64,000 nt of DNA, from assembly GCF_001194135.2 (NCBI RefSeq), contig NC_068998.1:38768615-38832614 (forward strand). Reading direction: 5' to 3'. Both the position numbers and the translations under genes were made by a program. This document shows, piece after piece, positions 24,152 through 36,214 of the stretch. Source of the stretch: Octopus bimaculoides (lineage: Eukaryota). Under the pieces are notes generated by a model. The model was not told the DNA's origin. It saw only the letters and a program-made list of their open reading frames with translations, and made no database searches. How positions within the stretch are numbered: the stretch's first letter is position 1; each line of letters starts with the position of its first letter.

Positions 24152-24330
24152 NNNNNNNNNNNNNNNNNNNNNNNNNNNNNNNNNNNNNNNNNNNNNNNNN
24201 NNNNNNNNNNNNNNNNNNNNNNNNNNNNNNNNNNNNNNNNNNNNNNNNNNNNNNNNNNNNNNNNNNNNNNNNNNNNNNNNNNNNNNNNNNNNNNATATAT
24301 ATATATATGTATGTATGTATATATGTATGT

Positions 24331-24362
<32 letters not shown>

Positions 24363-24596
24363 CTGTGTTTGTTCCCCCATCCTTGCCACCACTTGAAAAC
24401 CGGTGTTGGTGTGTTTATGCCCCTGTAACTTCGCAGTTCAGCAAAAGAGACTGACAGAATAAGTACTAGGCTTACAAAGAATAAGTCCTGGGGTCAATTT
24501 CTTTGACTAAAACCCTTTAAAGTGGCCAGTATGTGGCCAGACTGGCCAGTATGGCCACAGTCAAATGACTGAAACGAGTAAAAGAATAAAAGAATA
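23964..24596 (+). mobile_element. SINE family A, full length, with internal (TA)n/(TG)n and an N-gap
   Basis: Head GTGACTGTGTGGTAAAG through tail GAGTAAAAGAATAAAAGAA. Confidence 0.88.
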
Positions 24597-26179
24597 TACA
24601 TATGATGGCTGTCCACTCATGACCAAAGAAGACCATCACTGACCATTGCTCATGCAAAATGACAGCAATGCCTACGCCTGAGGTTATTGCACCTGAAGCT
24701 GGCTTAACCCAGGCTGGTGCGTGTGGCTTCCATGCTTGCTGCGGCACCCTCCGACTCAAGTGGGCATTGGAAAGTCATCTCACCAGTGATCATGCAATCT
24801 CGAATTTTTGGTCCAATAAGGCTTGCATAGAACCTCAAAGGCCCTCTCCATCCTATTGACATGATCCAGAGAATAGCCAAAGCAAGATATCCAGTGCCAA
24901 AATGTCAAATAGGTTCAGGAATGTGGAAGTGCCATGATCTCAAGTGAAAGCAAAAGACCCCAGAATGTCAAATGCCATTACCTTCATTTCTGGTTTTGTA
25001 TCGGAGTAACGTTTTCCTAGAGACATGTTTTGTTTTCTGGTAATTATTTTATTGATCTCCATTTATCAAATTGCTACGTTACAGGTTTAACTAAAAGAGA
25101 TGCAATTCAGCAGACTGACTTACACTGGTCTCTAGGAGGTAGTGATGATGACAACAACGATGATAATGATGACAATCACGATGATGATGATGGTGGTGCT
25201 AGTGTGTGAAAGCATGTAAGATGGAGAAATTGAGAGAGAGAGAGAGAGAAAGGCAAAAAGCAAATCTACATGGAAAGTGATAACATGTAACAGTATTGAG
25301 TTCTTACAAGAAATGGGGGTCGAGTACTCACTACTCACACCACTAAATATACAAGTAACGCGTGTAGTGGGGTTGCAAAATTTTGTGAAGAGAGGAAAAC
25401 ATAAACAACATTGGAAAGATCAAAGAAAAGACAGGTAAAAATATAGTAATTGAAGAAATATGCTAAGGAATTGTTGAAGAGGAGCAATTATTGGTGAAAC
25501 AGGTGAAAGAGATGTCTAGTATTGAGATGTTATTTTGTGAAGGTGAGAAATAACAATAGACAGGTGAGAAACTAAGAATTCACAGGTGAATAGTTGAATA
25601 GGAAAATTCATTATTGACAAGTGAGACAAATTTATGTGGTATTGAGGTGAATACATAAGAAAAATGCCATTTAGTCAGTAACTGGTGAGTTTGAGCATGT
25701 TAATGATGAGTAGAACCGAGAATCAGAAATCAGAAGACAGGTGCTTTGAGAGACAGTGACAGGTGAGCTAAGAGTCAATGGATAGGTAAAAAAGTAGTGA
25801 GGTAATTAAGGGAAAATACCATTATTGACATGAAGAATAATTATGTACTCATTGACATGCATGAAAGCATGGGTAAATTAAGTGGAAAGAAAAATGGCTT
25901 TGACAGGTGTGAAGTTAATTAAAGGTGATAAAAATTAAGACTGGAAGATTAATCACTTTCAGAATGAAACTTCTGGGTAATGAACCAAATAAGGTTTGTA
26001 TATTCTGTTTAGAATTTAGCAGCATTGACAAAGAAGAGCCTCTGCACAGTTGCTTGACTTGTTAGAAATAACAGTTAATCTGCATCCACCTCTAATCACA
26101 TTCTACTATCTTAGAAAAGAAGGACTTATTGGATAAAAGAGATCTTCATAAATAATGATAATGATAAAATAACAATAAT

Positions 26180-26325
26180 AGTTTCAAATGTTGGTGCAAG
26201 GCCGGCAATTTTAGTGGGTATAATGAACTTATTGTATATAGTGCTGAATTGTAGTACACTGGATACAGTGCCACTAAGCATTTTACCTGGCATGCTAACG
26301 ATTCTACCAGATTGACACCTTTCAC
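26180..26325 (-). mobile_element. SINE family B, internally deleted
   Basis: TTTCAAATGTTGGTGCAAGGCCGGCAATTTT ... CTAAGCATTTTACCTGGCATGCTAACGATTCT. Confidence 0.65.
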
Positions 26326-26699
26326 AATGCAAATATTGATCTGACTAAGTATTATTCGGACGTTGTTCAGCCCTTATCAGTGTTCATTTAATCCATTACC
26401 TACCAGTGATCTCATATGAGATCACTTAAAAATTACAAATTTCGTAATTATCTGTCAATATTTATACATATCTAACCTTTTTGCTATATCTACTTGGTAT
26501 ATTTCTCTGATATTCAAATGAGGTTTGCTAATTTTTCACCCAATATCTCGCTTATTTCTATTTAATATGTTATTTTGAAATGTTATTTTGATGATTCCAG
26601 CGTGTTTCTAAGGCTGTTTTATGCTAGAAATCAAAGTTTCATAAAAAAATTCCAGTTAATAGAATTATGGGAGGTAATGGGTTAACTTTGCTGTCACCA

Positions 26700-26975
26700 G
26701 AATGGTGAAGGTGCATAGCTTTGTAATCTTAAGGTTGTGAGTTCAATTCCTGGCAGTGCATTGAATCCTTGAGCAAGACACTTTATTTCCCATTGCTCCA
26801 GTCCACTCAGCTAGTATATTCTATGTCACACTGAATATCCTTGAGGACTACATTAAGGGTACATGTGTCTGTGGAGTGCTCAGCCACTGGCACATTAATC
26901 TCACAAGCAGGCTGTTCCATTGCTCGGATCAACTAGAACCTTTGTTGTTGTAACTGGCAGAGTACCAGTGCCACC
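26700..26975 (+). mobile_element. SINE family D (tRNA-like head, CCTTGAGCAAGACAC core)
   Basis: GAGTTCAATTCC B-box; GTGGAGTGCTCAGCCAC...GGATCAACTAG...GAGTACCAG. Confidence 0.8.
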
Positions 26976-27584
26976 AGAACAACTGTGACAAACTGATAGC
27001 CATACAGAGAATACTTACAGTTTAGACAAAAATGATATAACAGACGTATCAGTTTGACAACCATTAACAAATTACTGGCAATAGTGAAAGTAGAAACGAC
27101 TGACTGCATTACAGAAAATAGTTCTTAGGTTTTTGCTCTCTGAGATTCATTCAATAGTGAGATAGTTTTAAATGTATTGCTTTCATAATCTTTTATTGGT
27201 TTCAAAAAGTTTTAGCTGATTATGTCACTGATTATGTCAACTCCAGTTATCTGGTAATTATTTTATTGATCTCTATTTATTAAATTGCTAAGTTATATTT
27301 TTAATTAAGAGACATAATTCAGTACACTGGTTTACACAGGAAAACACAAATACAATTGCAGGCACGCACATCCACACATATACATACATGCATGCATGCA
27401 CACACACATACATACAGATACACACATACATGAACACACACACATACACACACACATACACTCACACACACACACACACATGTATACATACACACACACA
27501 AATGCACACGCACACACAAGCATGCACAGACACACACATACACACATGTACGTGCACACACAGACACATGCACCGACATACATA

Positions 27585-27720
27585 CACACACAGATTGATA
27601 GATTAAGTACCAGGCTTAAAAAATAAGTCCTATGGTCAATTTGTTCGGCTAAACCCTTCAAAGTAATACTCCAGTATGGCCACAGTCCAATGACTGATGC
27701 AAGTAAAAGATCAAAGACAA
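27585..27720 (+). mobile_element. SINE family A, 3' part
   Basis: ATTAAGTACCAGGCTT..AATAAGTCC..CCAGTATGGCCACAGTCCAATGACTGA..GTAAAAGA. Confidence 0.8.
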
Positions 27721-28247
27721 AAGTCAATTTACATCTTCTTCCTTGTTTTCCATTTCTTGTAACTTCTGTGTATTAGTTCATCAGATCAAAATGTTGTTGA
27801 CAGGTCAGTGTGATACAAGGAAAGAATTAGCTGCTATTTTTAGCAGTTCAAATAACCACGTAAAAACGATCCCATTGGTTGGCAGTCTAGCGAAAGGCAA
27901 TTAGTTGTTAATATTCTTTTCTACCCTAGGCACAAGGCCCAACATTTTTGAGGAGGTAGGGGGGGGGCAGTCAATTAGATCGACTGAGGGTCTCTGAGAC
28001 TGGTGGAAAGGACAGATGTAATCCTCAATTGAGGACCTGGTCCAAATTCTTTTAGTAGAATAAACTCCAGTAAAGACTCCCAGGAACCAGGGTGGAATGA
28101 TAATAAACCAAATGACAATCTGAGTCTAGCATCCAAGAACTCAGAACACACAAAAAATTAGGACCAAATACCACAAGGTATTTTGCTCATTGCTTTAACA
28201 ATGCTGCCATTCCATTCTGGAATTTTATCAATCCTTGAAGGATGAAA

Positions 28248-28384
28248 GCTACTTAATTTATCGACCCCGAAGGGGTGAAAGGCAAAGTCGACCTCGGTGG
28301 AACTTCAACTCAGAACGTGAGACAGACGGAATGCTACTAAGCATTTTGTCTGATGTGCTAACAATTCTGCCAGCTCACTGCCTT
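28248..28384 (-). mobile_element. SINE family B
   Basis: TACTTAATTTATCGACCCCGAAGG..GCAAAGTCGACCTC...TGCCAGCTCACTGCCTT. Confidence 0.85.
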
Positions 28385-28413
28385 GCATTAGTTGTTAATA
28401 TTGCAAAAGACAT

Positions 28414-28978
28414 AAGGTGCTGAGCTGGCAGAATCGTTAGCATACCAGGCAAAATGCTTAATGGGATTTCATCCATCTTTACATTCTGAGTTCAAATGCT
28501 GCTGAGGTCGACTTTGCCTTTCATCCTTTCAGTATCAATAAAATAAATACCAGCTAAGCATTGGGGTTGCAGCAGAGACCCCCTTTGGTCACAAATGACC
28601 ATGGGATTGCACCTAGAAAGTTACCCTCCAAGACACAAGTCCGGGCAAGGTTGTTTATGGAAGACCAGCAGTTGCCCATGCATACCAGCCTTCTCTCTCT
28701 ACGCCACCGATGTTATCCAAGGGAAAGGCAAAGGGGCCGATACAGTTTGGTACCAGTGACGTCGCAACTCATTTCTACAGCTGAGTGAAATGGAGCAACA
28801 TGAAATAAAGTGTCTTGCTAAAGAACACAACACATAGCCCGGTCAGGGATTCGAACTCGCAACCTCATGGTCGTAAGCTCGACGTTCTAACCACTGAGCC
28901 ATGCGCCTTCACATGTAATTGGCTTATCCGCTCCCCCAAAATTGCTGGCCCTGTATCAAAATATGAAACCACTATCAC
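28414..28978 (+). mobile_element. SINE family B, split by an antisense tRNA-headed SINE at 28570-28892
   Basis: Head AAGGTGCTGAGCTGGCAGAATCG; Nin-like block; tail CCCCCAAAATTGCTGGCC resumes at about 28893. Confidence 0.8.
28570..28892 (-). mobile_element. Young tRNA-headed SINE, family D-related head and core with a different 3' part
   Basis: Minus: GTGAAGGCGCATGGCTCAGTGGTTAG...GAGTTCGAATCCC (A and B boxes), GTGTTCTTTAGCAAGACACTTTATTTCA core; CpGs retained. Confidence 0.85.
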
Positions 28979-28984
28979 CTTCAT

Positions 28985-29200
28985 TGGATAGCAGGAAGCT
29001 GGCAGATTCTTTACCACACTGAACAGAATGCTTAGTAGCATTTCTTCCAGCTGTTTACATTTGAATTCAAATTCTGCTGAGGTCAACTTTGCCTTTCATC
29101 CTTTTGGTGTCAATAAAATAAACACCAGCTGAGTACTGGAATTAATGTAATCAACTTACCCCACCCCAAAAATTTCTGGCCTTGTGCCAAAAACTGAAAC
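28985..29200 (+). mobile_element. SINE family B
   Basis: GCTGGCAGATTC...TTCAAATTCTGCTGAGGTCAACTTTGCCTTTCATCC...GGCCTTGTGCCAAAAACTGAAAC. Confidence 0.8.
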
Positions 29201-29344
29201 TAATATTGTAAAAGACAATTAGTTATCAGTGTAGCAATTGGTTGGCAGAATAGCAAGAGACAGTTGGTTGGCAGAATGGCAAGAGATCATTATTAGAACT
29301 AAACCAGTCTTTGTATGGAGTTCACATTCACATGAGACTTTAAG

Positions 29345-29567
29345 AACAGTTCCATATATTTAACTGATGCCAAAAAGCTAATGCTAGAAATCCTCCAATT
29401 TTATACACCATCACTGGAAAAGATCTTACCATTTTACCATTAAGGCATTTTACCATTGAGAAGAGAAGACTATCAAAAGTTAATCTCGGTTGCCATTAAT
29501 GATGAGATGTGGATCAATACTGAAGTCACTATCTTTGCTTTGACGTGATAGATTCCAAATAGCTACT

Positions 29568-29598
<31 letters not shown>

Positions 29599-29910
29599 TT
29601 GTTGTCTAGAATGCAGAATTGGTAAGATTCTGGCAATCAGCTAGAGTGTCTCTTAGATTGCAATCATGAATAAATCCTCTTAAGAAGGTGCAAGACCATG
29701 AGCCAGAGTAGGATGGGAAGATACAAGGACGAGAAGAACGAGGAGGTAGAAGAAGTAGACGAAAGAGAAGTAGATAAAGGGAGGAGGAGGAGGAGGGGAA
29801 GGGGGAGGAGATGGGAAATGTTAGAATGGCATTCTTTGGCAGAATATTCTGGTTCCAACTATTTCACAAGTGTCTTATCGAAACAAGAGAAATCCTAACT
29901 TCATTATAGA
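29345..29910 (+). repeat. Triplicated module, copy 1 (donor-like GTAAGA at 29622; upstream frame disrupted)
   Basis: Shared blocks GATAGATTCCAAA, GAATTG-GTAAGATTCTGGCAATCAGCTAGAGTG...AAATCCTCTTAAGAAGGTGCAAGACC, and distal GTTAGAATGGC..CTTTGGCAGAA..TTCACAAG. Confidence 0.85.
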
Positions 29911-30146
29911 TGCATGTAGATACACACATACACACACACAAACTAAAACGAATGCATGCACACATAAACGTGCACACACAAGCACACACATACATACACA
30001 CGTGCACACACACATACACACATGTACATGCATACATACTCCACTCCACTAACCTTAACTATTTAACCATGTCTTCACACACACAATGCACACACACATG
30101 CTCACATACACATGCACTCACACACACACAATACACACACACACAC

Positions 30147-30320
30147 AGGTATGACTGTGTGGTTAAGAAATTTGCTTTTCAACCACATGGTTTCAGGTTC
30201 AATCCTAGCGAGTGGCAATGTCTTATACTATTGCTCCCCAGGCCAATCAGAGCCTGTGTGGGTGGATTCAATAGATAGAAACTAAGAAAAAGCCCAATGT
30301 GTGAGTGTGTGTGTGTGTGC
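30147..30320 (+). mobile_element. SINE family A, 5' part
   Basis: GACTGTGTGGTTAAGAAATTTGC..AACCACATGGTTTCAGGTTCAATCC. Confidence 0.75.
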
Positions 30321-30944
30321 GTGTGTGGTGTCATTCATTTCCCTGCTCACTCATGTCATTTCTGTTTTCCCACAAGCTGGGTGTCAGGAAACTTTAACAT
30401 GCAGCCTCTCAGGGTCAATAAAATAAAGGACTGGCCGAGGGTAACAGACTGGTGAGATTGTTGGAGTGTCAAAGATGATACCTTGTAGTATTTTATTTGT
30501 TCCAGTTATTTGTGTTCTGAGTTTAAATCTCACCAAGATCAATTTTGCCTTTCATCCTTCCAGGATTGATAAAATTCTAGAAGTGGAATGGCAGCATTGT
30601 TAAAGCAATGAACAAAATACCTTGTGGTATTTGGTCCTATTTTCTTGTGTGTTCTGAATTCTTGGATGCTAGACTCAGACTGTCATTTGGTTTATTATCA
30701 CTTCACTAGTCTCTGGGAGTTTTTGCTGGAGTTTATTCTACTAAAAGAATTTGAACCAGGTCATCAATTGAGGATAACATCTGTCCTTATTTCCATCAGT
30801 CTCAGAGACCCTGAAAAAATTAAGGGTCATGGCCAATACCATTCATTCCCTAAGGGGTAAAAGAAAAATACTCTTCCAACAGAGAATAGTAGCTTAAAGT
30901 TATTTACACACAGAGACTCAGACAGAACTAAGTTTATATAATTT

Positions 30945-31132
30945 GCATAACGGTACTGGTGCCACATTAAAAGCACCCAGTACACTCTATGGAGTGGTTG
31001 GCATTAGGAAAGGCATCCAGCCATAGAAACCATGTCAAAATAGACAATGGAGCCTGGTGCAGCCTCTGACATTGCCAGCTTCAGTCAAACAAGCCAGTAC
31101 GGAAAGCAGACGTCAAATGATGATGGGGATGA
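30945..31132 (+). mobile_element. SINE family C
   Basis: AAAAGCACCCAGTACACTC..GGCATCCAGCC..GGAGCCTGGTGCAGCC..AAATGATGATG. Confidence 0.8.
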
Positions 31133-31234
31133 TGCATAAGCTGGCAACCTGAAGTAATTAATTAATTCATTCATACATTAATTAATTAGTTAATTAAATG
31201 TTTACTACATAGCACTATTAAACTGTTGCAATGT

Positions 31235-31850
31235 CAGAAGGTACCCAACTTTATATATAACACCACCCACCTATCTTCTCTCTAAGAGTTTACCATTCTA
31301 CTATCAAGTACTATTGAGGAATTAATTTCTCTGCTGCTTTCTACAGTTGATTGGAAGAAGAGACTCTTGAAATTTAATCTCTGCTACCATTATTGACGAG
31401 ATGTGATTCAATACTGGAGTTAAAAATTATTGCTTTGACGTGATAGATTCCAAACTGCCATTGTTGTTGGTGTTGTTGTTGTTGTCATGTGGAATTGGTA
31501 AGATTCTGGCAATCAGCTAGAGTGTGTCTTAGATTACAATCTTGCAATCATCGGTAAATCCTCTTAAGAAGTGGGTGCAAGACCGTGAGTCGCAGCAAGA
31601 CAGACAGATAGGAGGAAGAGAAGGATGAGTGAGGAGGTGGAAGGAGAAGGAGAAGGAGACAAAAAAAAAATAGCTGGAGACGGAGGAAGAGAGGGGCAGA
31701 GGAGAGAAGAAGAGGGGGAGTAAGAGGAATAGGGGAAGTAAGAGGAAGAGTTAGAACGATTTTCTTTGAGAGAATATACCGATTCCAATTACTTCACAAG
31801 ACTCACTGAAAAGCGTGAAGTTATAGATAAATACAAACACACATACACAC
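31235..31850 (+). repeat. Triplicated module, copy 2 (donor-like GTAAGA at 31498)
   Basis: Same blocks as copy 1; 31440-31497 reads GTG-IDSKLPLLLVLLLLSCGI + G. Confidence 0.85.
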
Positions 31851-32269
31851 ACACACATGTACACATGCACACACATACATGTGCACATGCACACACACTC
31901 ATATATGTGTGTATGTATACATACATATTTTTGTTATTCTGTATTCTTTTAGTTGTTTCAATCTTTGGACAGCTGAGGGACCATTTTAAAAGGTTTAGTC
32001 AATAAAACGACCCAAATACTTATTTTTGAAGTCTTTTCCATATTTGATGAGTCCCTTTTTACCAAAGTGCTGTTATGGGGATGCAAACAAACCAACACCC
32101 ACTAGAGACTAGCACAAGCACACATACAACACACCCCTACCACATGGTTTCTGGTTCAATTCCATTATGTGGCACACTGGACATGTTAGGAAGAGCATCC
32201 AGTCATAGAAACCATGCCAAAGCTAACATTGGCGCTCGCTGCACACATCCTGTCTAACTGTACAACTGC

Positions 32270-32484
32270 ATGCTTAGCGACGATGCTTAGCAGGCGAAAT
32301 GTTTAGCGGTATTTTGACTGCCGTTATGTTCTGAGTTCAAATTGAACCGAGGTCAACTTTGCCTTTCATCTTTTTGGGGTCGATTAAATAAGTACCAGCT
32401 ATGCACTGGTTTCGATGTAATTGACTTAATCCCTTTGTCTGTCCCTGTTTGTTCCTTCTATGTTTAGCCTCCTGTGGGCGATGA

Positions 32485-32487
<3 letters not shown>
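32270..32487 (+). mobile_element. SINE family B
   Basis: GGCGAAATGTTTAGCGGTATTTT..GAGGTCAACTTTGCCTTTCATC..GTTTAGCCTCCTGTGGGCG. Confidence 0.85.
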
Positions 32488-32523
<36 letters not shown>

Positions 32524-32580
32524 CACACATATAAATACATATATACACATACATATATATGTATTATATGTATGTATATG

Positions 32581-32612
<32 letters not shown>

Positions 32613-32664
32613 CATGCATGTATGTATGTAAGTATGTATGTATGTATGTATGTATATGTATCTA

Positions 32665-33590
32665 TCACGCCTGAATGGGATTGGGGGTGAGTTGTCTCAC
32701 CTGTCTATGATTTTCAGGTGTTTTAACACCCAGTTCTTTGAGGAAGTCATCCCCACCATGCTAACACGCAAAGCACATCATTATCTAGTCAGGCTGATTA
32801 CCCGGGCCAGCCTGACTACCTCTCTCCATCCCTTCCGATCTTCCATTAGTGTTTTTAGGTCTTCAACTTGGCATCCAACATCTTCTGCAACCTGTTGTAT
32901 ATACATCTTCCATGGCCTTCCAGCTGCTGTGGTACCTGGATTTGGTGTCCACAGCAACACATTACTCACAAGTTCTTCTTTACTTCTCCAGCAGAGGCCA
33001 GCAAACCTCAATCTCTGCTCTAGGATGGTTGATGAGAAAGTTGGTACATTCCCATATAACTGTTGTTTCGTTGGGTGCTCCCTCCAAGAGATGTTGAGCA
33101 CTGCACATAACATTCTGGTGTAGGCACCGTCCAGTATGCACCTGAGTCTCTTGGTGAGAGTCCAAACCGGAGATCCATATACAAGCACAGACTCAACAAC
33201 TGCTCTGAAGAACTATCTCTTTAATTTATCCACTAGGGTTGACTTCCATATTGTTCTAAGACCATCTATAGCTGCCTAGCTTTAGCGACATGAGATTTAA
33301 TATCTTTTTCAGTGGACACATTATTGCTGCCAAGGAAAATAAACTTGTTGACATTTTTCAAGAGCTTCTGTTTGATAGTCCTGATTTCACCTGTGTTCAA
33401 GGCGATAAACTCTGTCTTCTTTTCATTTACATATAGTCCTATGTTAGCAGCAGCATTTTCCAAGAGGTGGAGTAAACATCCAGCATCTTTCATGTTGTCT
33501 GTGAAGAGCAATATGTCATCAGCATAATTGGTGTCAGTCAAGTAGGTGGTTGGATATCTTCTGCTCCTAGACTTCTGTAAAAGGAAAAAC
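32665..33590 (-). mobile_element. 5'-truncated, decayed RTE-clade LINE (RT C-terminal half plus 3' end)
   Basis: NYADDILLF (YADD at 33526-33515), IGLYVNEKKTE, FIFLGS, FRAVVESVLVYGSPVWTLTK, RLRFAGLCWR, DRKGWREVV. Confidence 0.9.
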
Positions 33591-33654
33591 ACATACATCG
33601 AATATGTGCAGTCAATAATGTTTACAACACTAGCACTGCTTTTAATTCACAATT

Positions 33655-33699
<45 letters not shown>

Positions 33700-33702
<3 letters not shown>

Positions 33703-34998
33703 GGTGTGATGGGTAAATTGTTGCCACTTTATATTTTCAATTTCACACATTCACATTGTTTTTGATTTCGTTTACTACACAGTATGGTAGGGTCAGTTGG
33801 GCACTGTCTGTGAGAAAACACCACCATGACGCAATTCACTCTGCCAGAAATTTGGAAACGATATGCTGTGCTGCTTGGCATTCACACACTGGCAGCTCCA
33901 CTATGAACATTTCAGAGTGTTTGGATATCAATCTAAGGACAGTGCTGAGGATTCGGAAAGATTTGGATGAGTCTAATGGTGATTACACAGGTATGGCAGC
34001 TCAGAAAACTCACTCTGATCATTCTGATAAGAAAAGAACTCCTGAATTTGTTGGTGAGATCCAGGCCATGATCCACAACAATCCCTCCAAGTCAAGCAGG
34101 TCCATCGCCAGGGACATGGGGGTAGCTGAGTTTCTTATCAGGCAGGTAGTGCACGAAGACATTTGGTATTCCTCATACAAGATGAGAAAGGGCCAATTTT
34201 TATCCCAAGCTATCAAGGACAGGAGGAAAGACCATACTACAAAGCTTTTGAACAAACTCAAGCATTCTCTCCAATCAAACATGCTTCTCTGATCCTGGCC
34301 AAAATTTTTCTCAGACGAGAAAAATTTCAGCCAGGATCAGATGGTGAATACACAGAACAACCGTTGGCTTGCCATGTCCCCAAAACATGTATTGAGAGTG
34401 ATAAAAATCAAACATCCAGCCAACATCATGGTGTTTGGAGTGATCACTAGTGATGGCAATGTTATGCTTCCAGTCATTTTCCCACATGGCCTCACACTCA
34501 ACATGGAGGCCTACATTAAGTGTCTGGAGTAGGCAGTGTTGACCTGGGTCAAGAGGGTGGCTGCTGGAAGACCCTATGTCTGGCAACATGCCACACAAGC
34601 AGGGGAACCCAGTCATGGCTGTCAGACAATTTCTGCAATCACATCACCCCTAACATCTGGCCACCTAACACCCCGCACTGCAAACCCTTGAATATTATGT
34701 GTGGGATGCAGTTGAGTGAGAGACCAACAAAACTCCTTGTAACACCAAAGATGAACTGAAGGCAAGGATTATGGTAGCATTCACCAACTTAAACAAGGAA
34801 AGCGTCCAGAAGAGCTGCAGGAGATTCCAAAGTCATCTGGATGTCATGGTTGAAGCCAATGGCGATTTTATTGAATAAATTACTCTTTAGTATTTCAAGA
34901 TATTTTAATGTAATTTTTGTAAATGTATCTGTTAAAATGAGATGTCAGTGTTATTTTCATTTTTGTGTAATTTAGATAACCATTCATTCACCTCACCC

Positions 34999-35000
<2 letters not shown>
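33700..35000 (+). mobile_element. Full-length, decayed Tc1/mariner transposon, maT/DD37D-like
   Basis: TA-CAGGGTG ... CACCCTG-TA termini; transposase in pieces: HTH region 33830-34290, FSDEKNF, NTQNNRW, KHPANIMVFGVITSDG, WPPNTP, ...VMVEANGDFIE*. Confidence 0.88.
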
Positions 35001-35053
<53 letters not shown>

Positions 35054-35687
35054 TTGTGCATGAGTACCATCAGCTGCATTGTCATCATCGTTATTGTCCT
35101 CCCCACCCCTCTTACTCATCGTCTTCATCATCATCATCATCATAAGAAAAGCACTCACATACAATAAATAGAGACAATTCTGGTAATGGTAATGAAGTCA
35201 CATCTAGTCATGTCATTAAATTCCAGCAGTTCTGATACAAGTCAAAGACTAAAAAAAGTTTTGAAATCTAGAAATCTCTCTTTTTTTTCGCTTTCTCATT
35301 TCTGCAGCTGCTTTCAGATCTTAAAAAGACACAGAGTGTTGTAGTGGAAATGGTACACCCCACCCCACAAGACTAGTAGTATGAGCCAGCCAATATAAAC
35401 TGAGACGACATCAACCAGTACAAGGAGTCGCGTGTCAGTCATTGTAGAGTCGTGCAAGTTCTCAGTTGGAGTTAAGTGTCAATTACATGTTACAGTCAAG
35501 TTAGAGTCATAGTCAAGGTAGAAGGTTCAAATTTGGTGTCTTGCAGAGCTATCAGCAATAGCACGATAGACAAAGCAGTGTATTACCATACCGGAATGGA
35601 AGAGATACATTGTATCTGATACCAAGAAAATATTGTGACTTCTAGAGTAGATACAACAGCTACAGTCACAACAGTGGCCACATATTG

Positions 35688-36068
35688 TTGGCACTCTGTC
35701 GCTTACGACGTCGAGGGTTCCAGCTGATCCTATCAACGGAAAAGCCTGCTCGTGAAATTAACGTGCAAGTGGCTGAGCACTCCATAGACACGTGTACCCT
35801 TAACGTAGTTCTCGGGGATATTCTGCGTGACACAGTGTGACAAGGCTGACCCTTTGATTTACAGGCACAACAGAAACAGAAAGTAAGAGTGAGAGAAAGT
35901 TGTAGTGGAAGAGTACGGCAGGGTTCGCCACCATCCCCTGCCGGAGCCTCGTGGAGCTTTAGGTGTTTTTGCTCAATAAACACTCACAACGCCCGATCTG
36001 GGAATCGAAACTGCGATCCTATGACAGCGAGTCTGCTGCCCTAACCAGTGGGCCATTGCACCTCCACG
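35688..36068 (-). mobile_element. SINE with the family D 3' end and a distinct tRNA-like head
   Basis: GGCACTCTGTCGCTTACGACG...GAGCACTCCATAGACACGTGTACCC; minus-strand head GGAGGTGCAATGGCCCACTGGTTAGG..GTTTCGATTCCC. Confidence 0.85.
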
Positions 36069-36214
36069 GCCACACATTATAACTGTGGAAAACACCACAT
36101 CATAACAGAGGTAGATTCAGATTTGGCTATTATTTTTAGCATGTGAAACGATCAAGTTGCTATTTCATTGGATTTCAGTGCAGTATGGGATTGTTCTCAA
36201 ATCTAAATAGAAAG

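Noticed and set aside
27021-27105. Minus-strand frame SVVSTFTIASNLLMVVKLIR with a GTAAGT donor, reminiscent of GPCR TM1
   Set aside because: AT-rich DNA gives hydrophobic frames by chance; no other TM exons were found and the frame is short.
28820-28892. tRNA-like sequence (also 1057-1130, 35990-36068, 38405-38480)
   Set aside because: Imperfect cloverleaves that continue directly into SINE bodies; SINE heads, not tRNA genes.
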